Assembly (NCBI GenBank): GCA_043732305.1
Contig: JAYTHU010000034.1
Coordinates: 1-41,412, forward strand
Direction of reading: 5' to 3'
Length of the DNA stretch: 41,412 nt
From: Oligoflexia bacterium
GTDB lineage: Bacteria > Bdellovibrionota > Bdellovibrionia > JABDDW01
In this document: one piece after another, positions 9,087 to 19,340 of the stretch
Numbering within the stretch: the first letter of the stretch is position 1
How the letters are laid out: each line of letters starts with the position of its first letter
Notes under the pieces: generated by a model
Told to the model about the DNA's origin: nothing
What the model saw: the letters and a program-made list of their open reading frames with translations, nothing else
Database searches by the model: none
Program-made: the position numbers and the translations under genes

Positions 9087-9112
9087 TCTAGTTTCCTTGA
9101 TAAAGCCGATAA
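9087..9112 (+). promoter_or_regulatory. Putative FliA/sigma28 promoter
   Basis: TCTAG-N13-GCCGATAA: a perfect sigma28 -10 element with a weaker -35 element. Confidence 0.45.
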
Positions 9113-9212
9113 TGACTTGAGTCTGGTTCCACATTGGGTAGCATCTAAACAATACTAATGTATTGAAATTATGAAGTGATGTGAATTCAACGCTCAAAAG
9201 GGGAAGTGTTTT

Positions 9213-10979
9213 ATGAGGAACCAAATAAGCACCATTTTTAAAGGCTTGATGATTATAGCCGCCGCCGCGCCCGCGATGGCACTTGCTCAAACTCAGGTCA
9301 AAACTAGTGATGATGTATTGCTAGAGCAGAGAGTTTTATCCGAAATGGTAAAGAACCAGGATGGTTCTAAATCAATTCATTCTCGGGTGGTCATACCTAA
9401 GGGGAAATCCGTTGATTTGCAGTCTATTTCTGCACTCAACATCACCCAAGGATTAGTGGTACTGAATAATTTTCAGGGGGTAGCTGAAACAAAAACTCCA
9501 CATTGCAAAGACGTGGGGCATACAACTTTTGCCGGACGCTATGTTCTGACAACTGATGCTGCCGGAAAATCTTGCCGCATTTATGATCTTTCTTTTCCTA
9601 CGCTTAAGACATTGTTTTCCGGAAACAAAATCATGCAGATTCCTGTTCAACTGCATGCGGCTGGAGAATATTTGAATTGGCTTGACGGAAATTTTGATGG
9701 AATCAATGCAAGTACCGAGCAATTTAAAAAATCTTTCAGCTCGAGAGATGTTGTAGAGAAAAGCTGGTTGAGTCTTTTAAAGTTCCGCAATGCGCCTAAA
9801 TTTGTTGCTGGAATTCCTCAGTCGTTCAGAATTTCCGATCTTGATTTGGGAAGTAACTTTCAATTTGACGCCACCACTAAAACTGCAATTCAGAATTTCA
9901 TTGTGAATTCCCAAGGTCTTGATCCCGTAGCTTCTGAATTTTTTATGAAAGTTTTAAATAATCCTATCACCATGCTTCAAGGCATCCGCCTGAACTGGAA
10001 TGATATGGATAAAGTTTATGACGTGATTCTAGAAGGCGAATTCCTTCCACTCTCCGGACCCGTTGCACTTGTTGAATTTCAAACTCAGTACAAGTATGCC
10101 GTCGAAAAGATTTTTCGCTCGGTGCTCTCGACCGGTCTCCAAGAACTCGCACGTTTGATTCCTGTGCCTATGGTTAGTTCTGCCGTTGAGGTATTGGTGA
10201 CCGATACTTTCGAACAAATCGAAATGGCTTATAGCTATCAAATGTTTTTGCTTGAAGACACATTGAGATCTTCAATCGGAAACTCTGAAACTGCTGTGAT
10301 CGATTCAAATACCGCTGTGCATTCGTTGAACTTGCTCTATGGTCAACGCGCTGATTTGTTTTCAACCTACATTATGGCCGCGGCTCAACAAAAAGCTTTT
10401 GATTGGCAGAATTTTGAGAAAATCGGTCGTAGTGCTCGCTATGCAGACGAAAAAGGCCGAGACATTGCAATGTCCAAAATGAATTCAAAACTTGTTTTGG
10501 AAAAACAATGTCAGAGCGAATTTCTGCATGAATATTTCACGGTTTGTTCAAAAGCCGGTGAGAAGGAGGGGATTTACTCTCTCATTTCGGAGCAGAAGAT
10601 TTTCGGAAAAAGTTTGGGAGCTCCCCAAATCTATAACTTTCAAAAACCTTACGAGATCGCACTTATACGTGGTGGCACTTGGGCCCTCTCAATTGGCTTA
10701 AGAATAGTAGGTCTCCCGATTTCACGCACGGTGGTTTACAATCTTGACTCGGTTCTAAAAAACTACATGCATGCTGGGATTTTGGACGAAGCTATTTTGA
10801 GAAACAATTTGGAAGCGCAGCCCCAACAAAGCATGAGCATTTTAAGCAACAGCGGATCTGAAGTATTGAAATGGCTTTACATCCAAAACCTGAATCCATT
10901 TTTGTCGAAATCAATAGACCAGGAAAACGGTCAGATTGATGCCAATAGACGCAGCGCTGTTATTACCAATCTTTTATAA
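9213..10979 (+). CDS. Secreted hypothetical protein (588 aa)
   Basis: Long ORF with a Sec signal peptide ending AMALA. No family recognised. Confidence 0.8.
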   Translation: MRNQISTIFKGLMIIAAAAPAMALAQTQVKTSDDVLLEQRVLSEMVKNQDGSKSIHSRVVIPKGKSVDLQSISALNITQGLVVLNNFQGVAETKTPHCKDVGHTTFAGRYVLTTDAAGKSCRIYDLSFPTLKTLFSGNKIMQIPVQLHAAGEYLNWLDGNFDGINASTEQFKKSFSSRDVVEKSWLSLLKFRNAPKFVAGIPQSFRISDLDLGSNFQFDATTKTAIQNFIVNSQGLDPVASEFFMKVLNNPITMLQGIRLNWNDMDKVYDVILEGEFLPLSGPVALVEFQTQYKYAVEKIFRSVLSTGLQELARLIPVPMVSSAVEVLVTDTFEQIEMAYSYQMFLLEDTLRSSIGNSETAVIDSNTAVHSLNLLYGQRADLFSTYIMAAAQQKAFDWQNFEKIGRSARYADEKGRDIAMSKMNSKLVLEKQCQSEFLHEYFTVCSKAGEKEGIYSLISEQKIFGKSLGAPQIYNFQKPYEIALIRGGTWALSIGLRIVGLPISRTVVYNLDSVLKNYMHAGILDEAILRNNLEAQPQQSMSILSNSGSEVLKWLYIQNLNPFLSKSIDQENGQIDANRRSAVITNLL

Positions 10980-10990
10980 AAGAGGATTTT

Positions 10991-12388
10991 ATGAAAAAAC
11001 TAATTTTGAGTTTTGCGATTTTGCTCTTGCCGATGGCTTCTCAAGCCACCCGCGTAGGGGTGACGGATTCGGGTACCGATTTCTCCCATGTTTGGCTTCA
11101 AGGGCATGCACTCATCAATGAAAAGGAGATTGCCGGCAATCTAGTCGACGATGATCACAATGGCAAAGTCGATGACATCATGGGATGGAACTTTGTAGAG
11201 GATTACGGGAAGATTTTCTTTCCCGAACATCTGCAGTCGGTTGACCCTTCTACTTTCAATTTCTTTGAAGTGATTGCGCGCAAGCAAGCTGGCACTTCCA
11301 CTAAAGAGGATGTCGCTTTTTGGGATCAGCATGTGACTAAGCTCAGCAAGGATCAAAAAGTTTCACTTATGGCAAAATTAAATTTCTACGGCGAGTATGC
11401 TCATAGCACTCACGTCTCGGGAATTATTGCGTCTCTATCGCCATTGTCTAAAATCGAATCTAACCGCGTGTTTCCAGACACACCTCCTGAACAGGATGAT
11501 AGCACTGGCGCAACTGCTTTCACTTTCAGCACTGGTTCTACCAAAACAAGTTTTGTGAACATGATTTATAAAATTTTAGCTGTTGTGAATAATGGTAGTT
11601 TTGTAAAAGTGGCTGCCTATTTAAATGAGCTCCATATTGATGTAGCTAATTACAGTTTGGGTGTTGGACTAGCTAATGTGGCTAAAGTTTCTTTGGGTGT
11701 TCAGGGAAATAAAAATCCCACTCCAGAACAGATTGCTACTGAAACCAGACGCATTGGTTTACAGTTCAATTCTCAAGGAGAGGCATGGATGAAATCTTCT
11801 CCCGGAACTTTATTCTGCGTGGCCGCTGGTAACGATGGCACAGACAATGATATTTTGCCTGCGTTCCCGTCTAATGTCCGTGTGGAAAATCAAATTTCCG
11901 TTGCAGCTTCTCAAGATTGGGACAGCCTTGCTAGTTTTTCCAACTACGGAAAAACTATGGTTGATATTGCAGCTCCCGGAGTTGCCATTTTGAGTTCTGT
12001 TCCTAGTCTTGATCACAAATTGCTTTTGCACATGTCTGGCACCTCGATGGCGACGCCTTACATTGTTGGAATTGCTGCTTCATTGAAAGAAATCAATCCT
12101 GCGCTGAAGCCTGCTGAGCTCAAAGCACTGTTGATGGGAACAGTGGATCACAAAGATTGGCTAGTGGGTAAAGTGGTGAGCGAAGGTGTTGTCAATCCCG
12201 CTCGTGCGCAAGCCGCCGCCGCCCTTTCCAAATCCATGAGTATTGATGCTGCTGTGGCTCGAGCACGAAGTGGTGTGCCCGATCACGCGGTCAGTGCGCC
12301 TAAATCAAGCGAGAGTATCTTGCGCGCTCACCGTGCTGCAAAGGAAATTCCTGAGCTACAATCTTTTGCCGATGCATTGGTATTTTGA
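10991..12388 (+). CDS. Secreted subtilisin-like S8 serine peptidase
   Basis: Catalytic motifs VTDSG (Asp), HSTHVSG (His), AAGND (oxyanion Asn) and GTSMATP (Ser); signal peptide; AGAGGA SD. Confidence 0.93.
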   Translation: MKKLILSFAILLLPMASQATRVGVTDSGTDFSHVWLQGHALINEKEIAGNLVDDDHNGKVDDIMGWNFVEDYGKIFFPEHLQSVDPSTFNFFEVIARKQAGTSTKEDVAFWDQHVTKLSKDQKVSLMAKLNFYGEYAHSTHVSGIIASLSPLSKIESNRVFPDTPPEQDDSTGATAFTFSTGSTKTSFVNMIYKILAVVNNGSFVKVAAYLNELHIDVANYSLGVGLANVAKVSLGVQGNKNPTPEQIATETRRIGLQFNSQGEAWMKSSPGTLFCVAAGNDGTDNDILPAFPSNVRVENQISVAASQDWDSLASFSNYGKTMVDIAAPGVAILSSVPSLDHKLLLHMSGTSMATPYIVGIAASLKEINPALKPAELKALLMGTVDHKDWLVGKVVSEGVVNPARAQAAAALSKSMSIDAAVARARSGVPDHAVSAPKSSESILRAHRAAKEIPELQSFADALVF

Positions 12389-12414
12389 TTTTTTTGAATG
12401 CCTAGTGCTAAGTG

Positions 12415-12443
12415 GCCTCACCGGAAACGGTGGGGCTTTTTTT
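12415..12443 (+). terminator. Rho-independent terminator
   Basis: GCCTCACCG-GAAA-CGGTGGGGC stem-loop followed by T7. Confidence 0.9.
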
Positions 12444-12549
12444 ATGATTTTGTGTCAACGTTGATTGTGTGCGGAGCAAAGCAGTCCCAAGTTATTGATG
12501 TAGTGGTCTTTGCTAAGGGCGAACGGCGCAATGTTAACGCAAAAGGCGA

Positions 12550-15336
12550 TTAGAACACGCCAATGCTGAAGTAGAAGGCGCCGGGAGATTCCCCTCGGGT
12601 TTGGTCACGATTTAATTTTAAGCCGTACTCAATGCTGACTGGCCCAACCGGAGTGTTGTATCGAAGGCCTAAACCGACAGCGTCCCGCCAGAAAAAGTTC
12701 TGGGTGAAATTATTGAATTGAAGATGGCCTCCGTCATAGAACGCAGCGCCACCTAAATTTCCGGCGATTGGAAATCGCAATTCCGACTTAGATAGGTAGA
12801 ACAATTCATAACTGGATTGAATACCGTTTGCGATGTCGGTTAGCTTGGGAACTGTTTCAGTCACATCAAAACCGCGGATCGTGGAACGGCCGCCCAAAAT
12901 AAAGGACTTCACTTGTGGAATAATGGCATCTTGGCTCAAATTCCAAATGTATCCTGATTCCATTTGTTGCGCAAAAACTAGTTTTCCAAGAGGAAAATAC
13001 ATGGAAAGGCTGCCGACAGTTTTTGTGTAGTTGACGGATTTACTACTACCCAAACTAGGCGATGCAAATTCGACATTCGCACTGGTTAAAAAACCACGGC
13101 GGGGATTAAAGATATTGTCACGTCGGTCATAGATCACGGTAGGCCCGGTCGAGCGGATGTCCAGAGGCATCGCGGGGGCTTGTCCAAAAATTTCATAAGT
13201 ATTTGTTTGTTCAAAGCCGTAAATTTCATAAATAAGTTTTGTGAATCGATTCAAATCTCTTTCTAAAACCACGTTGGCTTGCAGAGTATTAAGTGCGTAG
13301 ACGAGTTCGCCTTTAGGCACCTGATTGTCCGTGTTGATGCTATAGAGTTTAGATGAATAGATTCCGGTGAGTTTAAGGCTATTCGAAGTTCCAAGGACAA
13401 AAGGCTCTGTGTAACCTAGAGTGGCTTCCTTTTCCCAAAAATTAAAATTATTATTGATCTTGTCATCAACTTCGACCCGCGCGTTGACAGTTCGGCCAGT
13501 TCCGAAAAGATTGCGGTAAGCTGCACCGGTGTAACCTTTAAGAGTAAGGGTCAATTCGTTGTCCGCCCCGAAGCCACTCTTGAAAACGCCAGGATTTCGT
13601 TCGGTGACAATAACTAAAACTGTGCGACGACCTTCTTGAGGATCATCAGTGAGAGTTCTGATTTCTATTGACCCAAAAAGACCCAGTCGCTGCAATTTAA
13701 TTTCTGAGTAATTTATTTTCTCAGGTGTGAGTATGTCGCCTTTTTTAAATTGTAGTTCGCGGCTGATAATATAATCTTTGGTAAAGGTGTTGCCTTCAAT
13801 GACTATGGTGTCGACCGAGATCATCGGACCTTCGGAAATTTCAAATGTTAATATGGCTTTTCGATTTTCATCGGAATAGGCAATGAGGTTTTTCGTTTGA
13901 TCTGAGATCCGTACTTCAAGGTAGCCAAGATTTCGATAATATTCGTTGATCTTTGCGGCTGCGTCACCAAGTGCCGAGAGCTGAAGTGATCCACCAGATT
14001 GAAGACCAATAATCTCTTCTAGTGTTGTTGCTGAAATCTTTTTTGCCCCCTTAAATATAATTTGACTGATGAATGTTTGTGGTCCCTCGATCAAAGTGAT
14101 CTTTATGGAAACGTTGGCTCTTTCTTTATCGTAGTCAGCGCGAGTGGACGTGACCTGGGCACCTATGAATCCTTGATTTTGCAGTTCCGTAGTCAGATTT
14201 TTTACCCCGGTGTCTATATCATCCGAATTGTAATATTTTTTTCCTATGAGATCACTAGAATGATCAAAGATGAAATTTCCGTAATAGGCGTTGAGACGTG
14301 AGTAGGATCCGTAGAAGACAATTTCCTTTATTTTTACTCTAGCGCCCTCGTTGATTGTGAAATTTATTCTGCGAACAAAGTCGTCGTCATAAACACTCTC
14401 GCGATGTTTCACGGTGATATTGGCGTAACCTCGTGATTTATAAAATCGCAGAATTCTTTCCTTTAGGTCGTCGACAGGGGAGCTTGAGAGACGATTGTTC
14501 TCATCTAGTTTGAGTTCGGTGAGAATTTGAAAATCGGTGAATTGCGCATTTCCATCAAAAACTAGGCCGTAGGAGTAAGGATCGGTAATCACAAAAGAAA
14601 GTGTTACTCTACTTTTTCCGTCATTGAGTTTGGGTTCTAGCGCCGTAAGTGTTGAGCTGAAATATTTCTTTTTCGTTAGAAAATCAATAATAGATGACTG
14701 GATTTCGTTGATATTGATTTGAGAGAATGGCTCGTGCATTTTCCTATGGAGATATTGTTGTAAATCTTTGTTGAGACGAACGTTGGCGCTTAGGAAGTAA
14801 ATATTATCTATAAGGCACGGGGAGCCTTCTTCAACATCCACGATTAAATTTAAACCGGATCCTTCCGTTTGCTCAAAGTGCGCACCAATCTGTGCGACCA
14901 AATATCCGCTGAGGTTATAAAGTTTCTTGACGTTGTCGATTCCCATTTTAATGCGATCTTCAGAGTATGTTTCTCCATCCGTCAACCCCATCTCATTTAA
15001 GATATCAGATTTTGATAAGTGAGAGTTGCCATGAACTAGAATTGACTTCAGTGTCTGCCGAAGTATGAGCCTGAAAATAAGCTCTGATTTTTCATCCGAT
15101 ATGTCATCCATAAACACTTCAATATTGCTTAATGTATTGGTTTGATAAAGAGCTTCCATCGCCTCTTGAATATTTTCAAGATCTGCTTTTACTTTTAAAA
15201 GTGGCTGAACTTTTGAGCGATAATACTCAACCCGATTTGCAGGAACGCCTTGAATCACAACATTCAAAGTCTTGGAAAAAGCTTCTACACCCGTAAACAA
15301 AATTAAAACGACGGAAAAAATTTTCCAACTTATCAT
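12550..15336 (-). CDS. Omp85-family (BamA/TamA-like) outer-membrane protein with multiple POTRA domains
   Basis: Repeated POTRA segments ('I.F.GN...', 'Y...GY', 'I.EG'), 'GGRSTIRGF', 'GLGLRYNTPVGPV' and C-terminal 'YFSIGVF'. Confidence 0.9.
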   Translation of the reverse strand: MISWKIFSVVLILFTGVEAFSKTLNVVIQGVPANRVEYYRSKVQPLLKVKADLENIQEAMEALYQTNTLSNIEVFMDDISDEKSELIFRLILRQTLKSILVHGNSHLSKSDILNEMGLTDGETYSEDRIKMGIDNVKKLYNLSGYLVAQIGAHFEQTEGSGLNLIVDVEEGSPCLIDNIYFLSANVRLNKDLQQYLHRKMHEPFSQININEIQSSIIDFLTKKKYFSSTLTALEPKLNDGKSRVTLSFVITDPYSYGLVFDGNAQFTDFQILTELKLDENNRLSSSPVDDLKERILRFYKSRGYANITVKHRESVYDDDFVRRINFTINEGARVKIKEIVFYGSYSRLNAYYGNFIFDHSSDLIGKKYYNSDDIDTGVKNLTTELQNQGFIGAQVTSTRADYDKERANVSIKITLIEGPQTFISQIIFKGAKKISATTLEEIIGLQSGGSLQLSALGDAAAKINEYYRNLGYLEVRISDQTKNLIAYSDENRKAILTFEISEGPMISVDTIVIEGNTFTKDYIISRELQFKKGDILTPEKINYSEIKLQRLGLFGSIEIRTLTDDPQEGRRTVLVIVTERNPGVFKSGFGADNELTLTLKGYTGAAYRNLFGTGRTVNARVEVDDKINNNFNFWEKEATLGYTEPFVLGTSNSLKLTGIYSSKLYSINTDNQVPKGELVYALNTLQANVVLERDLNRFTKLIYEIYGFEQTNTYEIFGQAPAMPLDIRSTGPTVIYDRRDNIFNPRRGFLTSANVEFASPSLGSSKSVNYTKTVGSLSMYFPLGKLVFAQQMESGYIWNLSQDAIIPQVKSFILGGRSTIRGFDVTETVPKLTDIANGIQSSYELFYLSKSELRFPIAGNLGGAAFYDGGHLQFNNFTQNFFWRDAVGLGLRYNTPVGPVSIEYGLKLNRDQTRGESPGAFYFSIGVF

Positions 15337-18300
15337 CTAAACTCCAATTGATATTGAAGGTCGATGCCCATGATGTCCGTCGTGGAAGTTGGCTGTGTTC
15401 CGACGGGAACTGGAATGGTGGCCGAGTTCGGAAGTGTGCTTACGGAGAATTGATCATAATCTCTTTGCTCGTAGGACCCGAGAATAGAAATGCTCTTGTT
15501 GAAACGATATTCCATTTTGAAATCGCTTGCAGATCTATCGCCAAGGGTGCGGCCTAGACTTGTCGAGAACTTGGGAGTCCAATCTTTTTGAGCCACAAAA
15601 CGAGGCATTATAATGTTGCGCGTGTCATCTACGTTTTGAGTGAAGCGCACTTGCACGCCTGTCGATCTTTTGAAATCTTGCACTAGAGGATTTTGCTCGA
15701 GCAACACTCCGCCAGCTTGATAACCTTGCAAGGCCTGTTGATCTGTTGATCGACTTTTTTCTAAATCATCTTCAGTTGTTCCAAGTGCAAGCAATGAAAC
15801 AATGCTTCGCTCGGGCAAAGGCGGGGAGCTTGAGAGTTTAATTTCATGCTTGTCCATGGTTCCTTGGAAAAGCAAATTCACATCCCATTCTCGGACTCGA
15901 GACGTTCCCTCAGCATAAATCACTGGGTTGTTTTCGTTAGGGTTGTCGAACTTCACTCGGGCGGTGCTGATAGCAAACGGAGTTTCTCTGAAAAATATCT
16001 TACCGTTGGGTTGAGTTTCTATCTCACCAGTTAAAAGTATTTTTCCTGGATCACCGCGAACTCTAATGTCACCTTTGACGTCAGAATCAACGATGTTATT
16101 TTTGACCGAGATACCTTTTTGAAAGTGGGTGTTCAGATCAAATTCTAAAGCAGCGGCTTCTTTTTGTAAGATGGTCTTTGGTAAGAAGGCACTTCGTTTA
16201 ATCAGAGTACTATTATTTTCATCTCCAAAGTTTTTGGAATAAAGTCCACTGTCCACATTGTAATCGGCATGGAGAGTGTATGGAAACCAACTTCCGGAAA
16301 TCCTGAATCGACCAGAGCCCTTAGTCATCAGTCCATCTGGGACGGTAAAGGTCGCGTGATTGAGGTCACCGGAGATATCCACTGGAATATCGTGATAGCC
16401 TTTGATCACCACGTTGCCAGCGAGTGCCATGTCGCCACCGGCAAGGGCACCTTTGATGCTGTTGACAACAATGCGACTCTGACTGAATAAAACATCAGCT
16501 TTGATATCTTCAAAAGGATGAACGAAAGTTCTCAATTTGAAATAACCTTTATCAATGAATGCGTTTCCAAGAAATTCTGGTTTGCTGCTGTGACCCGCCA
16601 CTTGCGAATTTATTTTAAGAATTCCGCGCATGTCTTGAAAAAAAGGAGTTAGGAAGGTGAGTAAACTCAGGTCAAGGTTGCCATCGACATTGACTTTGAG
16701 ATTATCTTTTTTGTCCCGTGAGCCGGTGGCTTTAATATTTGTATTGTCACCTTGCAGATTGAAATTTTGGATGTCGACATTACCGCCATTGAATTTAATT
16801 TCCAGCGGATCTTTATTTTCCATCTGACTGTTTCCATGACGAACAAAAAATCGTGGGACGCTTATTCGGCCAATACTGTCCCAAAAATTTCCACTGGATG
16901 AGCTAAGATCCACATTAGCTGTTACGTTTGTTTCGTAATCTTTTTTGAAATCTGATCCCGATACAAGACTGAGTACCTGCGAGAAATCCCAGTTGTTAGC
17001 CTCAAGTTTAAAAGAAAATGGAGCTTTTTGTTGACGAGGTTGCGTGAGAGAGACCTTGACTTGTTCAGCAAAAAATCCCGCGTTGAAAATAAATTTATCT
17101 GGAACTACATCCAAGGAGAAATTTGAATCCTCCAGCGGATCTTGATTGATGGTGATGTTGGTCACTAAGCCACGGAGAGACATTCGCGGATCCAGAATCC
17201 GATCTTGCAAAGCCATGTCGATTCCTAGAAGTCCATCGAGACCTTTGAAGCTTGTACGCAGATGATCAAAATCTGCGAGCCTGATGTCTTCCCCTTTTAC
17301 AAATAGACTCATAATGCCGTTGTTAGAAACATCGCCTTTGAGATGAACTTTTCCGTCACCTTTTTTGAGTCGGACATCATCAGCATAAGCATGTCCGTTG
17401 ATTCCGTGAACATTGAAAACCAAATCACGAATGGCTTCGCCAAAGACGATGCCATTGTCAAATTGACTTCGCAAAGTGTAGTTGAGTTTAGACAGTGCCA
17501 TTGGCCCTGAGGCATGGATTAGTGCTGAACCCTGGGCGCTAGCCGAGAAAGGTAAAGTCACTTTCTTGGAAAATGCATATGTTATATCTTCCAAATTCAA
17601 TCTTGAAAAATTCAAGTTGGCATTTATAGTAGACGGTGATGACAATTTAACCGTGACATCGCCCTGATAGTCCGTGTTCGAGAAGTGGGCTGACAAATTA
17701 CTAAAATACAAATCAGATTTTTCATATCGAAGATCAAATTCGCCTTTTCCAAAACCATAGTCTTGAAACCAGAAGTCATTCATTTTAATATGGCTTTTGA
17801 AAGTTGCGGCATGTCCATCTCCGCTGGTTGATCCAGCGATTTCTATAGCCCCAACATATTTTAAATCGGCGAGACTTGTAATATCTTTGAAATCGAGAGC
17901 AGGGGAGGAGTAGTTAATATTGAATCCAGAAACAAAGTCAATTTGACCTGAAGCTTTTCCGCGCGATCCGCCCATGCTCAACTCGCCTTCAGGAAAATTC
18001 ATTTTACCATTTTCTAAAATAAAGCGCGTGACAATTTTAAAGTCTTTGACGGCGGCAATCGTGTGCTTTTCTGGTTCGGAATGCACATCAAAATTTCGTC
18101 CGGCAGCTTCGCCCGCGCATTCCACTCTATATTGGGGAGCATAAATCCCCTCACAGGCTGTCTTGAGTGAAATGTCCATATGAATCGGTGGGTGACCAGA
18201 TCCAATGTTTTCCAAAAGTTTTTCAAGCACGATGTCTTCGGTTAAGACTCTCGCGGAGAATTTTGAATCGCCTGCAAATGAAACAGTCAGATCTTTAAGG

Positions 18301-19340
18301 ATCATGTGTCCCGCGGTGGTATTTATTTCCAGAGCTGGAGTCGTGAGGACGTCTTTGACGACGCTCACTTTTGTATGAACATTTCCGATTTTAAATTGAT
18401 TGACCTCTAGATTTTGAGTATCTATCTCAGCGGACGCGACGGGAATGTTTCCACGTTTTTGAGATCCAACTGCTTCAAAATTAAATTGTCCAGCCATGCG
18501 GGGAAGTTTGAGTGTTGGAAAAAAAATTCTCAGTTTATCTGCGATCTCGTCAAGATTCAGATGTGAGATTGTTCTGACGCCTAAATTTTCATATTTCAAT
18601 TTGGTGATTTCTCCACGGGCTTGACCGCGACCAATCACAAAGTTTTTTCCGATACTCAGCTTGAGAGCAGAGACTTCAACAACTTCCTTCTCTGCGATGA
18701 TTCGAGTGGCTAGTCCCAATTCGGTCAGACTTGAATCAATTCCTTTTTGTTTAATAAGAGTGTGCGGAGAAAAAATTTCTAGTTGAAGTGAGTCAGGAGT
18801 TTTTTGAAAATTCAAACCAAATCCATCAAGCTTTAAAAGTATCCCCGGGCCTTCAAGATCAGTGAGGATGTCAGCGCCTTGAATATAAATATTCTTAATT
18901 GGTAGATGAATAAGATCGTCCCAAGGAATTTCAAAAGAAGTTTCTTTTTTCCCCGCTTGGCGTTCAGGTTTTTTTATGAATAAACTCACCACTGGATGTT
19001 CAATGAGGATGGATCCGATTTCAAACCTTCCGGTGATAAGTGCAAGCGGGCTGAGCGTGATTCGCAATCGCTCAATTTGCACCGGTGCCACGGTTTGCGA
19101 GAGCGGTTTATCCTTTGGAGTGAGCGTGAGATCTATAAGCTCAATTCCAGGGGGCAACAGATTAAACTTAATTTTTTTGGCAGTGACTTCAAGCGAAGCT
19201 TTCTCGCGACTCAAAACTTGAATTTTTATCAGAATCCATTTTTTTAACTGTGGCGTTTCACGGGAATAAGTTATTCCCACGACAATGCAAAAGGCGCAGA
19301 CGATGATATATTTCACAAATCTCATCGAGATGTTTCCCAA
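15333..19340 (-). CDS. tamB: Translocation and assembly module TamB (DUF490/AsmA-like)
   Basis: N-terminal anchor, long beta-rich body and C-terminal 'LSSSPPLPERSIVSLLALG' DUF490 motif; overlaps the Omp85 gene. Confidence 0.85.
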   Translation of the reverse strand: MGNISMRFVKYIIVCAFCIVVGITYSRETPQLKKWILIKIQVLSREKASLEVTAKKIKFNLLPPGIELIDLTLTPKDKPLSQTVAPVQIERLRITLSPLALITGRFEIGSILIEHPVVSLFIKKPERQAGKKETSFEIPWDDLIHLPIKNIYIQGADILTDLEGPGILLKLDGFGLNFQKTPDSLQLEIFSPHTLIKQKGIDSSLTELGLATRIIAEKEVVEVSALKLSIGKNFVIGRGQARGEITKLKYENLGVRTISHLNLDEIADKLRIFFPTLKLPRMAGQFNFEAVGSQKRGNIPVASAEIDTQNLEVNQFKIGNVHTKVSVVKDVLTTPALEINTTAGHMILKDLTVSFAGDSKFSARVLTEDIVLEKLLENIGSGHPPIHMDISLKTACEGIYAPQYRVECAGEAAGRNFDVHSEPEKHTIAAVKDFKIVTRFILENGKMNFPEGELSMGGSRGKASGQIDFVSGFNINYSSPALDFKDITSLADLKYVGAIEIAGSTSGDGHAATFKSHIKMNDFWFQDYGFGKGEFDLRYEKSDLYFSNLSAHFSNTDYQGDVTVKLSSPSTINANLNFSRLNLEDITYAFSKKVTLPFSASAQGSALIHASGPMALSKLNYTLRSQFDNGIVFGEAIRDLVFNVHGINGHAYADDVRLKKGDGKVHLKGDVSNNGIMSLFVKGEDIRLADFDHLRTSFKGLDGLLGIDMALQDRILDPRMSLRGLVTNITINQDPLEDSNFSLDVVPDKFIFNAGFFAEQVKVSLTQPRQQKAPFSFKLEANNWDFSQVLSLVSGSDFKKDYETNVTANVDLSSSSGNFWDSIGRISVPRFFVRHGNSQMENKDPLEIKFNGGNVDIQNFNLQGDNTNIKATGSRDKKDNLKVNVDGNLDLSLLTFLTPFFQDMRGILKINSQVAGHSSKPEFLGNAFIDKGYFKLRTFVHPFEDIKADVLFSQSRIVVNSIKGALAGGDMALAGNVVIKGYHDIPVDISGDLNHATFTVPDGLMTKGSGRFRISGSWFPYTLHADYNVDSGLYSKNFGDENNSTLIKRSAFLPKTILQKEAAALEFDLNTHFQKGISVKNNIVDSDVKGDIRVRGDPGKILLTGEIETQPNGKIFFRETPFAISTARVKFDNPNENNPVIYAEGTSRVREWDVNLLFQGTMDKHEIKLSSSPPLPERSIVSLLALGTTEDDLEKSRSTDQQALQGYQAGGVLLEQNPLVQDFKRSTGVQVRFTQNVDDTRNIIMPRFVAQKDWTPKFSTSLGRTLGDRSASDFKMEYRFNKSISILGSYEQRDYDQFSVSTLPNSATIPVPVGTQPTSTTDIMGIDLQYQLEFR

